Source: Candidatus Bathyarchaeota archaeon (GTDB taxonomy: Archaea; Thermoproteota; Bathyarchaeia; 40CM-2-53-6). From it: a DNA stretch of 64,000 bases. Shown here piece by piece: positions 38,898 to 48,800 of the stretch. Made by a program: the position numbers and the translations under genes. Numbering within the stretch: position 1 is the stretch's first letter; each line of letters opens with the position of its first letter. The DNA lies in contig VBBQ01000026.1 in NCBI GenBank assembly GCA_005888755.1, forward strand, positions 20,434 through 84,433, in the 5' to 3' direction. Below the pieces are notes generated by a model. That model ran no database searches, was not told the origin of the DNA, and was given only the letters and a program-made list of their open reading frames with translations.

Positions 38898-39070
38898 TTC
38901 TCTTTCTGTACCTATTTTTCTTTTGTAGATTTTCTTTTCGCTAACGTTTGTCTAAGTATTGTTTTTCTAGTCACCCCCCCGTGGGTGGTCTATTTTTTCG
39001 CGTGCCGCGCCTTTCGTGGCCTGAGATTCGCGCGACAGGAAAACGACCATTATCAGCCCATATGTTCCAG
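38898..39070 (+). repeat. Dispersed intergenic repeat family, copy A
   Basis: TTTCGCTAAC...TTTTTCTAGTCACCCCCCCGTGGGTG...TTCGTGGCC...GAAAACGACCATTATCAGCCC; aligns with 45448-45575 and 50298-50445. Confidence 0.75.
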
Positions 39071-39337
39071 GAGAGAACGGATTAACCTACTATCAAGATA
39101 GCGTTAAATAACATTCAAGCGCAGACATAACCTACTATCGCTATGGCATGTGGGAGGTGAATGTTTCTGACCAGAACAAACAAGGGCAAAACCGGCGTCC
39201 TCGTGCTCCTATCCGCGAGCCTCGTCGTCTTCTCTCTCGGCTCCCTCTCAGCCTATCCCACGGCCGCCCAGGCTACGTGTAAAAGCGGGCGCGTCAAAAC
39301 TGTTCATCAAAGCTCGAGAGTCTCCAGACTAGCAAAG

Positions 39338-40119
39338 TTGAGAAATGGAAAGTCTTCTGTCGGAAGGCTAGAGATCATCGAATCCGTCATCAAGACATTG
39401 AAACCCTTGGACTATGTTCATGCATTCTGGGAAGGAGGAGCAGCGTCCTTCGGACGAGCTGATGAATGGTCCGACATTGACGCCTATTTGTTAGTTAACG
39501 ACTCGAAGGTCGCGGATGCTTTTCTCGCCGTCGAAAAGGCCCTCGAGTCGGTGTCTCCGATCAAGCAAAATACGTTGTAAGCCAGAACTCTTGGCCCGGC
39601 GTATCTCAAGCCTTCTACAGGCTCAGCGGAGCGAGCGAGTATCTCCTAGTCGACCTTGCAATACTGACGGAGTCTAGCCCGCAGAAGTTCCTAGAACCGG
39701 AAATACACGGAAGAGCAATCTTCCACCTCAATAAGACAGGTATGATCGAAGCGCCCAGACTGGACAAACACGGACTCGACGAAAGGGTGGAACAGAGATT
39801 GGGCGTGCTGAAGGAGAGGTTTGAAATCTTCAACAACTTCGTTCAGAAAGAAATGAACAGAGGAAACAGTCTCGAAGCACTAGAATACTACCGAACGATG
39901 GTGATCGCCTCTCTCGTTGAGGTTCTTCGAATCAAATACTATTCACCTCACTACGATTTTAGAATGCGATACATTAACCACGAACTGCCTCCGGAAATCG
40001 TCAAGAAGCTGGAAAATCTCTGTTTTGTCAGAGGAAAGGAAGAGCTCCAGAGAAAATACCTCGAAGCATTGCAATGGTTCAACAGAGCTATGGTTGAATC
40101 CAGCGCTTCGAAAGAGTAG
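39338..40119 (+). pseudogene. Nucleotidyltransferase-domain protein, frameshifted at A-run near 39567
   Basis: WEGGAASFGRADEWSDID (GS..D.D-like); continues in another frame YVVSQNSWPGVSQAFYRL...RYINHELP. Confidence 0.8.
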
Positions 40120-40256
40120 ACATCTATTTCTCGGCCTACCGAGGACGCTTGAATGTGCAGTCATTCGGGAATAAAGCTCCCGACGAGTATTATGAAGAAA
40201 CCGACCGATGAGTTTCTATTAGTACGCTGATCGGCAATTGTCCTGAGGAAAGAACC

Positions 40257-41165
40257 GTGAAGATTGGGCTGTTGGTCTTCATTGCGAACGACCGTGAAAC
40301 GTACCAGAGCCGTTCCTATGATACGATCCGCGCCGTCGCGCAACAGGCCGAGAAGGACGGTTTCGACAGTATCTGGCTACCTGACCATTTCCTCTACCGG
40401 AATCCAGGGGAGCCGACCCGCGGGATCTGGGAGTGCTGGACCATGCTGGCGGCGCTCGCCGAGGCAACACACCGCGTCGAGATCGGCACTCTCGTCACGT
40501 GCAATTCCTTCCGCAATCCCGCGATCCTAGCGAAAATGGCCACCACCGTTGACGAGGTAAGCCATGGCCGCTTGATACTAGGTATCGGGGCCGGATGGAA
40601 CGAACCGGAGTATCAGGCACTCGGATTGCCCTTCGACCATCGGGTAGGCCGCTTAGAGGAAGCCTTGCAGATAATCAAACCGTTACTCCGCGACGGCCAC
40701 GTCGATTTCTCGGGACAGTATTATCAAGCGCGAAACTGCGAGATCGCACCCCGCGGCCCGCGGCCCGAAGGACCGCCGCTGATGGTGGGATGCGAACAAA
40801 AAAGTCCACGCATGCTCAAGCTCACCGCAAAATACGCGGATCTCTGGAACACGGGGTACATGGGCAAGCCGGAAACAATAGCCGAGCCCTTCGCCAAAAT
40901 CGAAGACGCGTGCCGCAAAACCGGGCGCGATCCGAAAACGCTTGGAGTCACAGCGTTCATCGGCCTCTGGTTCCCTGACCTCCAAACAAAGAAACCCAAA
41001 TTCTTCGACAATCCACTGACAGGCTCGACGGAGGAGATCGCAGCAGCAATGCGCGGGTACGCAGAACTCAACGTGCAACACATCATGTTTCAGTGCGAGC
41101 CTTACGTGCCTCAAGCGATTCGGCGGCTGACCGAGGCACTCCGACTCTATCGGAGAACGGCTTGA
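40257..41165 (+). CDS. LLM-class flavin/F420-dependent oxidoreductase
   Basis: GFDSIWLPDH, RNPAILAKMATTVD, GIGAGWNEPEY. Confidence 0.93.
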   Translation: MKIGLLVFIANDRETYQSRSYDTIRAVAQQAEKDGFDSIWLPDHFLYRNPGEPTRGIWECWTMLAALAEATHRVEIGTLVTCNSFRNPAILAKMATTVDEVSHGRLILGIGAGWNEPEYQALGLPFDHRVGRLEEALQIIKPLLRDGHVDFSGQYYQARNCEIAPRGPRPEGPPLMVGCEQKSPRMLKLTAKYADLWNTGYMGKPETIAEPFAKIEDACRKTGRDPKTLGVTAFIGLWFPDLQTKKPKFFDNPLTGSTEEIAAAMRGYAELNVQHIMFQCEPYVPQAIRRLTEALRLYRRTA

Positions 41166-41382
41166 CCCTACGCCATTTCAACGTCTGTGGCGCCATCCCT
41201 CATCTTCCTAATCTCCATGGTGCTTTCGAAACCTACGCCCTCGGTCTTCCTCCTCGACGCGTCCATTCCAGCAGCTGAGGTCTCAGCGACCTGTCCTCGT
41301 GTCGCATGAGTCAGGATACCCAAGACTTTCGCAACTTTGTAAACCCGTAAGTTGAAATACTCTTAAGACCAAACATCACGCA

Positions 41383-42054
41383 ATGAGCATTCCACTCCTA
41401 GATCCACCGGCAGGCAACCCAACCTTCGGATCTACCAAGCGCGAAATCCTATTAATTCTCAAACGCGAAGGCCAGTCAGATCTCCAAACTCTCGCCGAAC
41501 ACTTACGAATCTCAAAAATGGCGGTTCACAAACACGCTCAGGAACTAGAAAAGAGGGGACTGATCGAACGCATACCGGTCCGAGGTACAACAGGCAGGCC
41601 CCGCCTCGCCCTGCGACTCGCCCCCAGCGCAACCTCACTCTTCCCAAGGGCCTACGCGGGAATAACATGCGCCGCCCTCGAATACATCGAGGAGAAGCTT
41701 GGACGAAAAGCTGTTGAAGAAGCTCTCCGTCGCCGACAAGCCGAAACACTCACCACCTACCGCGATCAGGTCAACGCAGAAACCCTCGCCCAACGTGTCC
41801 ACCAGCTCGCCGGACTCCGCGATCGCGAAGGATACATGGCCGAAGACCACCAATCAGGCCCCGCAAAGTTCGAGATCCTAGAGCACAATTGTCCGATACT
41901 CGCAGTTGCCGAGAACTACTGGGAGGCATGCACAGTCGAGAACGAACTGTTCCGAAAAGTATTGGATGCGAAAGTTGAGACAACACACCGTGTCGTTGCA
42001 GGCGGCAATGTCTGCCGTTTCCTAGTCACACCGAAACAGAGGACCCCTGGATGA
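41383..42054 (+). CDS. SufR-like HTH regulator with Cys motif
   Basis: N-terminal HTH (ISKMAVHKH, GRP); EHNCPI...EAC..E..LF...GGNVCRF. Confidence 0.82.
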   Translation: MSIPLLDPPAGNPTFGSTKREILLILKREGQSDLQTLAEHLRISKMAVHKHAQELEKRGLIERIPVRGTTGRPRLALRLAPSATSLFPRAYAGITCAALEYIEEKLGRKAVEEALRRRQAETLTTYRDQVNAETLAQRVHQLAGLRDREGYMAEDHQSGPAKFEILEHNCPILAVAENYWEACTVENELFRKVLDAKVETTHRVVAGGNVCRFLVTPKQRTPG

Positions 42055-42770
42055 AACGGGTCTCGCTAATCACTGGTGCTGGACGCGGCCTCGGCCGAAT
42101 ACTCGCCACATTCCTCGCAGGTCAAGGATGCGACATCGTCATAACAGCTCGAACCATCACAGAGCTTCACAACGTTTCTCAATCTCTCGAAAGCCTCGGC
42201 ACACGAGTCGCCGCAATTCCTGGTGACATCACAAACCCCGTACACAGGACTCGCTTGCTGCAACAAACGAGAGCCATGGGTGGCCTCAGCCTCCTCGTGA
42301 ACAACGCCTCTGATCTCGGGGAAACCCCACGTCCCGAACTCGCTCGAGCCTCTCTCACGCGATTCCGGACAACACTCGAAACAAACCTAGTCGCCCCACT
42401 CGCGCTCATACAAGAAGCACTCCCTCAACTCGAACAGATGAGGGGACTCGTAGTCAACATCTCCAGCGACGCAAGCCTGGGAGGTTACGAGCGATGGGGA
42501 ATCTACGGTTCAACCAAGGCTGCCCTCGACCTCGCCTCGAAGACTCTTTCAGCAGAACTCAAACCACGCCACATTTCCGTCGTGAGCGTCGACCCCGGTG
42601 ACATGCGGACCCGGATGCATCAGGACGCGTTTCCCGGCGAGAACATATCCGACCGCCCCCTCCCAGAAGTAACGCTTCCATTCTGGGCATGGCTCGTCAG
42701 CCAAGACCCCGAACGCATCACCGGGATGCGCTACCAGGCACAAGGAACACTCTGGGAGATCCCAGCTTGA
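42051..42770 (+). CDS. Short-chain dehydrogenase/reductase
   Basis: TGAGRGLG, NNAS, NISS, YGSTK, PGDMRT. Confidence 0.93.
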   Translation: MKRVSLITGAGRGLGRILATFLAGQGCDIVITARTITELHNVSQSLESLGTRVAAIPGDITNPVHRTRLLQQTRAMGGLSLLVNNASDLGETPRPELARASLTRFRTTLETNLVAPLALIQEALPQLEQMRGLVVNISSDASLGGYERWGIYGSTKAALDLASKTLSAELKPRHISVVSVDPGDMRTRMHQDAFPGENISDRPLPEVTLPFWAWLVSQDPERITGMRYQAQGTLWEIPA

Positions 42771-43807
42771 ACCGATCCGAACTCATGTTCGACCGTCCCA
42801 CCGATCTCTTCGCCAGCGCACCCCCGGAGATGCGTGGACATGACCGAGATGACATCCGCCTAATGGTCTCGACACCCGACGGCGATATACACTACACGTT
42901 CACTGATCTGCCTGGGCTCCTAGAACCTGGAGACATGCTAGTTGTCAACGAGAGCGCGACCTTGCCCGCAAGCCTCCCAGCCGCAAGCCGTCTAGGCAAC
43001 ATCAGACTCAACCTCTCAACACGATTTGCAGACGACCTCTGGCTCGCGGAACCAAGATGGAGTCCATCAAGGCCCGGCCCGCTACCCCTCAAGGAACACG
43101 AGATGATTCAGATCGGCGAGGCGAAAGCCCTCCTGCTCCAACAGTATCCTGGAATCCCGAGACTCTGGTTCGTCCGCCTAGACACTCCAGCTAGCTGTCT
43201 CATGGCCAAGTACGGCGAGCCCATTCACTACAATTACGCTCCCGCCTATCCCATGTCAAACTATCAAACCATCTTCTCCCGCTTCCCGGGAAGTGTCGAG
43301 ATGCCAAGTGCCGCACGGCCCATCACAGCACATGTCCGCGACATGCTTCGCTCACGTGGCATCGGCATTGTTGGAGTAATCCTTCACACCGGTGTCTCGA
43401 GCCTAGAGATTGAAGATGAAACAGTGGAGCACCAAGCTCTCTACCCAGAGGTCTTCCGGGTCCCCGAAGCAAGCGCAACCGCTGTCAACGCAACGCACGC
43501 CCGAGGCGGCCGCGTCATCGCCGTCGGAACCACAGTCGTCCGTGCTCTCGAAACCGCCTGGACACCAAACGGCCTTCGCGCCATCTCTGGAGCAACCGGC
43601 CTCTACATTCACCCCGGAAACAGCATCCATGCTATCGATGGACTCCTCACAGGATTGCATGATCCTGTAACGAGCCATCTTGCGATGCTCAGCGCGATCG
43701 CGGGCCTCGACCGGGTCAAGAAAGCATACGGTGAGGCCATCCGGAACCGGTACCTCTGGCATGAATTCGGCGACAGCCATCTACTGTGGCGACAGGACGC
43801 AAACTAA
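42767..43807 (+). CDS. QueA-like protein (divergent subfamily)
   Basis: GDMLVVNES, YQTIFS..PGSVEMPSAAR, IAVGTTVVRALET, YLWHEFGDSHL; TTG overlaps SDR stop. Confidence 0.85.
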   Translation: MNRSELMFDRPTDLFASAPPEMRGHDRDDIRLMVSTPDGDIHYTFTDLPGLLEPGDMLVVNESATLPASLPAASRLGNIRLNLSTRFADDLWLAEPRWSPSRPGPLPLKEHEMIQIGEAKALLLQQYPGIPRLWFVRLDTPASCLMAKYGEPIHYNYAPAYPMSNYQTIFSRFPGSVEMPSAARPITAHVRDMLRSRGIGIVGVILHTGVSSLEIEDETVEHQALYPEVFRVPEASATAVNATHARGGRVIAVGTTVVRALETAWTPNGLRAISGATGLYIHPGNSIHAIDGLLTGLHDPVTSHLAMLSAIAGLDRVKKAYGEAIRNRYLWHEFGDSHLLWRQDAN

Positions 43808-43904
43808 GAATTCTCTTTCTGTAACAATTTTCTCGTTTTTCATCTTTCCAGTGTTCCCTCGCGCCAATCTGAAAAGGAGCGGAAAACGTTCACAAGCCAT
43901 CTTT

Positions 43905-44540
43905 CTAGCGGAGCCGTTTGTCTTGTTCCTCCTCTAGAGAGGAGACTCGGACGTCATAGAGGAACTCGCGCAGCTCGTCTTCATGTTTCGGATCATCGGG
44001 TAGAGGCGACTCCTTCAGCGCTAAGTCTAGTTCATCGATGAATTTCGGGATATCCTTCGGCGAGGTCCCAGTTATGGGCCGATATTCGATGACGCCTTCG
44101 CGCAGTAGTTTGCAGCCCATTATGATTGTTCGTGCAATCGTGTTGCATCGTTTTGCGCTGTCGTCGCGTTCGCTGACGATATACTTTTCATAATTGTGCT
44201 CAGCAAGACCCTTTATGCTATGATAGGCTCTCTTACTGTAGTTCATCGCTGCAAGGCGGTGCAGCTCCGATAGACGGGACCAGTCTTTGACGACTATCGG
44301 ACTCATGACTCCACTCAGATAGTTCCAGTTGTTCCTCAAAACTTGATTTACTATGCGACCAAGCTCGTGATACTGTCTATCAGTTGGGCCGGAGTATTCA
44401 ACCCTAGATTGATCGTCAAACTCGCCGCGAAGGATCGACTTGGTTGGAGCGAGGACTGCAACGAAAAGGTCCAGGTCTGATCCTGGATGATTCATCTGCC
44501 ACATGTGCGATCCTACGTTCGTTACGAATAGTTCCTTCAT
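43905..44540 (-). CDS. Pol-beta superfamily nucleotidyltransferase (RlaP/YcgL-like)
   Basis: VGSHMWQMNHPGSDLDL (GS..SD.D), C-terminal LPDDP. Confidence 0.75.
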   Translation of the reverse strand: MKELFVTNVGSHMWQMNHPGSDLDLFVAVLAPTKSILRGEFDDQSRVEYSGPTDRQYHELGRIVNQVLRNNWNYLSGVMSPIVVKDWSRLSELHRLAAMNYSKRAYHSIKGLAEHNYEKYIVSERDDSAKRCNTIARTIIMGCKLLREGVIEYRPITGTSPKDIPKFIDELDLALKESPLPDDPKHEDELREFLYDVRVSSLEEEQDKRLR

Positions 44541-44572
44541 CTGGCTGGCACCAAAACAGGTAGGTAAATTAG

Positions 44573-45427
44573 GTATTTGAGAAGTTTTTCGACGGTGGGG
44601 AACAACTCATAAGCCAACCGAAACTCCCGCCGACCTTCGCGCCAGAAAATCGTCTCGAAGAACTGCTCGTTTCATTTGGTAAGAAGGGTCCAGCGGATTC
44701 ACAGTTCTACAGAGAGTTCCTGAATTCAGACGTGGTCACCCTCGGGAGGCTCGATTCTGGGTCGATGCTCAAGGAGGGTTTTCAACGGCTCGAAGCCACA
44801 ACGAAGTTTACCATGAGATTACTCGCGTTCAAGGGTGAGCCTGTTGTGGCTATCTATTCCTCAATCAAACGAATGACCGATGTGATTCCCGAAGAGTACT
44901 ATCGAGAGACGGGATACATCCAACTCAACTGCAAGATGTTGCTACAGACTGTAGTGTCCTGGGAAAGAAACACGAAACTCGCCTGAATCCTGGACATATG
45001 CTCGTCAAGACGTTCTCGCCTGAGGAGGTGAAAGCTCTCTTGGACGGAAGCATCTTGAAACAAATCGAAGAAGATTGGATTTCAGCCAGTCCAACAAATA
45101 TTCCCCTTCCGAAAGGCTCACAGGTGCTGGTGGGTCGGCCAAAGGTAACTCCAACAGGACTAATGGATAAGCTGGCGAACTGCTTTCAATCCAAAGGAGA
45201 TGTGGAACAAGCATGGGTTGGACAGATTTTCGTCCAGTCGTCGGGACAGCCTAGTGATATGTCTCAAGCTTTCGAAAAACTCTCGAAGAACATTTCAGCA
45301 GGTCTTGTTCAACCTCGGACCGACAATCCACTCAGTTCTCGGTGAGAAGGAACTCCTTGACATTCTTGACGCCACGGGGAAGGCTGAGGCGTGGATAAAC
45401 CGCCTCATTCCGTTCTTCCCGCGGTGA
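44573..45427 (+). pseudogene. SseB-family protein with two frameshifts (near 44983 and 45255)
   Basis: FAPENRLEELL...FYREFLNSDV...KLA/LNPGHMLVKTFSPEEV...GQP/LVICLKLS...LIPFFPR. Confidence 0.7.
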
Positions 45428-45447
45428 TTGCTACCGGCAGGAATCCC

Positions 45448-45575
45448 TATTGCTGACTATTTTCTAAGCATTCTTTTTTCTAGTGACCTCCCCGGGGACT
45501 TCGATTTTCCCCATCCACACTGTTCGCGGCCAGAGATAACGGACATGAAATCGCCGATTTTCGGCCCTGATTCAG
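45448..45575 (+). repeat. Dispersed intergenic repeat family, copy C
   Basis: GCTGACTATTTTCTAAGCATT..TTTTTCTAGTGACCTCCCCGGGGA..GATTTTCC..TTCGCGGCC..CATGAAATCGCCGATTTTCGGCCCTGAT. Confidence 0.75.
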
Positions 45576-45810
45576 GATCTGAACAGGCCTACTTCTAAAG
45601 TGGGATAATCCGCGCTGTAAACGCGAATAATTCCCGGCCGACCCAAGCCCAGACCATGCCCGGATTAGCCTGTCTCGCCCATTATCACCGCTAGACACGA
45701 AATGTTCCAGGAAAAATAGGGGGTATTAGCGACCGAGCTTCCCGTCGCGTGAGTGGACAGTCCGTACTTGCCACCGAGACTAAGCTGACGTGGATGTGCG
45801 ATGGATTCTT

Positions 45811-48800
45811 CTATGGTTTCCAGCCAATTGCTCTGAACTGCGACGTGCCAGTGGGAAAAGTCGTGAGTTTCGTTAGTGTTCCGTTGTTGTAGGTCAGTAT
45901 GGTGCCGCTTCCGCCCGCGATGTAAGCTGTGCCTGATGGGGACCAGCTGATACCGTAGAGCCAGCTCGAAGTTATAGTCGGAAGCATGGTCAATGTTGAC
46001 CCGTTGTAAGTGAGCACCATTCCGTTGTCACCGGCCAAAAGTGCGAGGGTGCCTGTTGGGTTGAAGGAGATCGCCCGGATAGCGGCGTTGGGTGAGATGA
46101 TGCTCGTGTTGATCGTGGCAACCTGTGTCCCATCGAACTGTAACAGCGTCCGGTTGAGCCCGCCTATCAAAGCGTACGCGCTATTCGGATTCCACGCCGC
46201 CGCGTCCAAGTCGAACGTTGTGCCGGTCGCGAACGAGCGGACTGTTGTCCCATCATATGTCAACGCCAACCCGACCTTGCCTATCAAGAGCGCATAACTA
46301 CCGCTCGGATTCCAGCTGATCGAAAGAATGGTTGATGACGTGTTAGGAATTGTCGTGACCGTGACGCCATCGTACTTGAACAGGATACCCGACGTGCCAC
46401 CTACCAGCGCAAAGGACCCGTCAGGCTTCCAGGAAACAGTCCAGAAATTGAACCCGGTCGAGATACCGGTTGACACAGTCGTAAGCGATGTTCCATCGTA
46501 CTTCAGAAGAACCGCAAAGTCTCCCGATATCAGCGCGTAGGACCCGTCAGGCTTCCAAGCAACCGACCGCAAGGCAGTCGTTACCGGCTGGCCAATCAGC
46601 GTCAGCGTGCCATTCGGGTAAAGCCTGGAAACCTTTCCGTCGTTGGTGACGACAAGAGCATAGGCCGATTGCGGAGACGCACCGACAACCGTTACAGTTT
46701 CGCTACCGCTACTGCCAAGGTGCGACGAATCTCCTGCATAGCTAGAGGTTATCGTGTGGAACCCGGTTATACTAGGCGTGTAGCTGACCGAGCAACTCGC
46801 AACACCAACGGTCCCTGAAGCTGTCAGTGAGCAGCTGGGCTGGGAGAATACGCCTGTCGAGTTCGAAGCGAAACTGACAGAACCGCTAGGAGTAACACTG
46901 CCTCCACTTGAGGAGTCGGTGATCGTAGCCGAACAATTGGAGGTCTGGTTTACAACAACCGGGCTAGTGCATACGACCACGCTTGAAGTAGTACGCTGAT
47001 TGATCATCACGTTCGCTCCGGCGCTGGTGCTCGCACTGTGAGCAGTGTCGCCGCCGTATCCGCCTGCGATTGTAGCAGTGCCTGATGCTGTTGCGGTGAA
47101 GGTAACAGAACAACTGCCCGAAACTAGAGCGCAGGTCGCGGAGCTGAAAGATCCCGGAGCTCCGGTCTCTGTGAAATTGATGCTACCCGACGGAGTGATC
47201 GTTGTTCCCGGTGACGTGTCAGAGACTGTCACAGTACAAGATGAAGCCTGGTTTACAAAAACTGGACTCGAACAGACCAAAGCTGTAGAAGTCGTCCGTG
47301 GGTCTACCGTGATACTTGCGGCCGCGCTAGTGCTCCCGCCATGCGACGAGTCGCCACCATACGTGCCAGTAACTAACGCATTGCCACTTGCAGCCGGAGT
47401 AAACGTGACCGAGCAGCTACCTGATGATAGAGAGCAAGAGGTCGAGCTGAACGAACCAGCAGGACCTGTCTCAGTGAACCTGACTATTCCCGTTGGAGTA
47501 GTTGAGCTGGCGTTAGTGTCTGTCACCGTCGCCGTGCACAATGATCCCTGGTTGACCAGAACTGGGCTGGCGCAGGTAACTGCCGTTGTTGTGTTATGAA
47601 GTGGCACAGTGGTCACAGTTACGCTGAACGCTGGACTCGTGCTAGCAGCATGAGCAGAGTCACCGCCGTACGCACCGGTGATCAGGGCGGAACCTGCTGC
47701 AGTAGGAGTGAAAATAACCGAGCAACTACCAGACACTAGAGTGCATGTAGTCGAGCTGAAAGAGCCGGCAGGACCAGTCTCGGCAAATGTGACAGTACCC
47801 GTCGGGGTGGTTGGGGAGATCGTCGATGTGTCACTCACCGTCGCGGTGCAAGTGGAAGCCTGGTTCACGATCACAGAGGAAGGAGAGCAATTAACAACGG
47901 TTGCAGTCGTGTGCTGGCCCACGTGAACCTGGACAACGACCAAGTGCAGTAGCGAGCCACTGGTCGCCTTGATCGTCACGTTGTAAACGCCTGAGGCCTG
48001 GTTAGACGGTACCTGAACGGAGAGAACTGAACTCTTCGTCCCGTTTACGGTGAGACTTGGATTGTTCGGGTTCAGAGTCGCTTTAGGTCCAGCAGGGCTC
48101 ACGGATACCGTGGTGGATATTCCTCCTTGGAATGTGTAGAGGCTCTGGAACAGGATCTGGGAGGTCCCCGAGGATCCTGGGGAGATATTCAAGGTAACAG
48201 GGTTGGCCGTCATGTTAAAGTCCGGCACTCGCACTGTCACATTCAACGCGTGGACCAGAGACCCGCTGGTCCCTGTCACGGTCGCAATGTAGATCCCGGT
48301 TGGCACCGTCTTGCTCGCAACGATTTTTAGATTGTCGTTGACCGTTTGGCCGACGTTCAACGTCACGGACGGGTTTTGCATCGAGACAGCCAATCCTTGG
48401 GGAGAGACAAAGGCCGTTAGAGCGACTGTTCCCTTGAATCCTCCAAGGCCTGTGACAGCAATCGCGGACTGGCTGTTCTGGCCCCGCTGAACCGTCAGAA
48501 GGTACGGCTTAGCAACGAGTTTGAAGTCGAACGTCGACACCGTGATACTGTTCGAGACAGAAGCGGTGTGACCCGCAGAATCACTTGTCGTCAGGGTAAC
48601 GGCATAGGATCCGCCTGCCGAATAGACATGAGTCACCGGGTTTCCTGTTGCCGAGCTTCCGTCTCCGAAAGTCCAGTTGAACATGTAGGGAGAAGAGCCT
48701 CCCGACGCCGTGCCAGTGAAAGTTACACTCTGGCCGGGAACGGGGGAAGACGGACTGAATGCAAAGCTGGTGGAGAGTGGATTGGTGGTGAAGAATTCGG

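Noticed and set aside
47045-47926. Long + strand ORFs antisense to the 1320-aa gene (and similar shadows elsewhere, e.g. 74-415, 23022-23519, 54138-54629)
   Set aside because: Antisense shadows of well-supported genes, produced by codon bias and repeats
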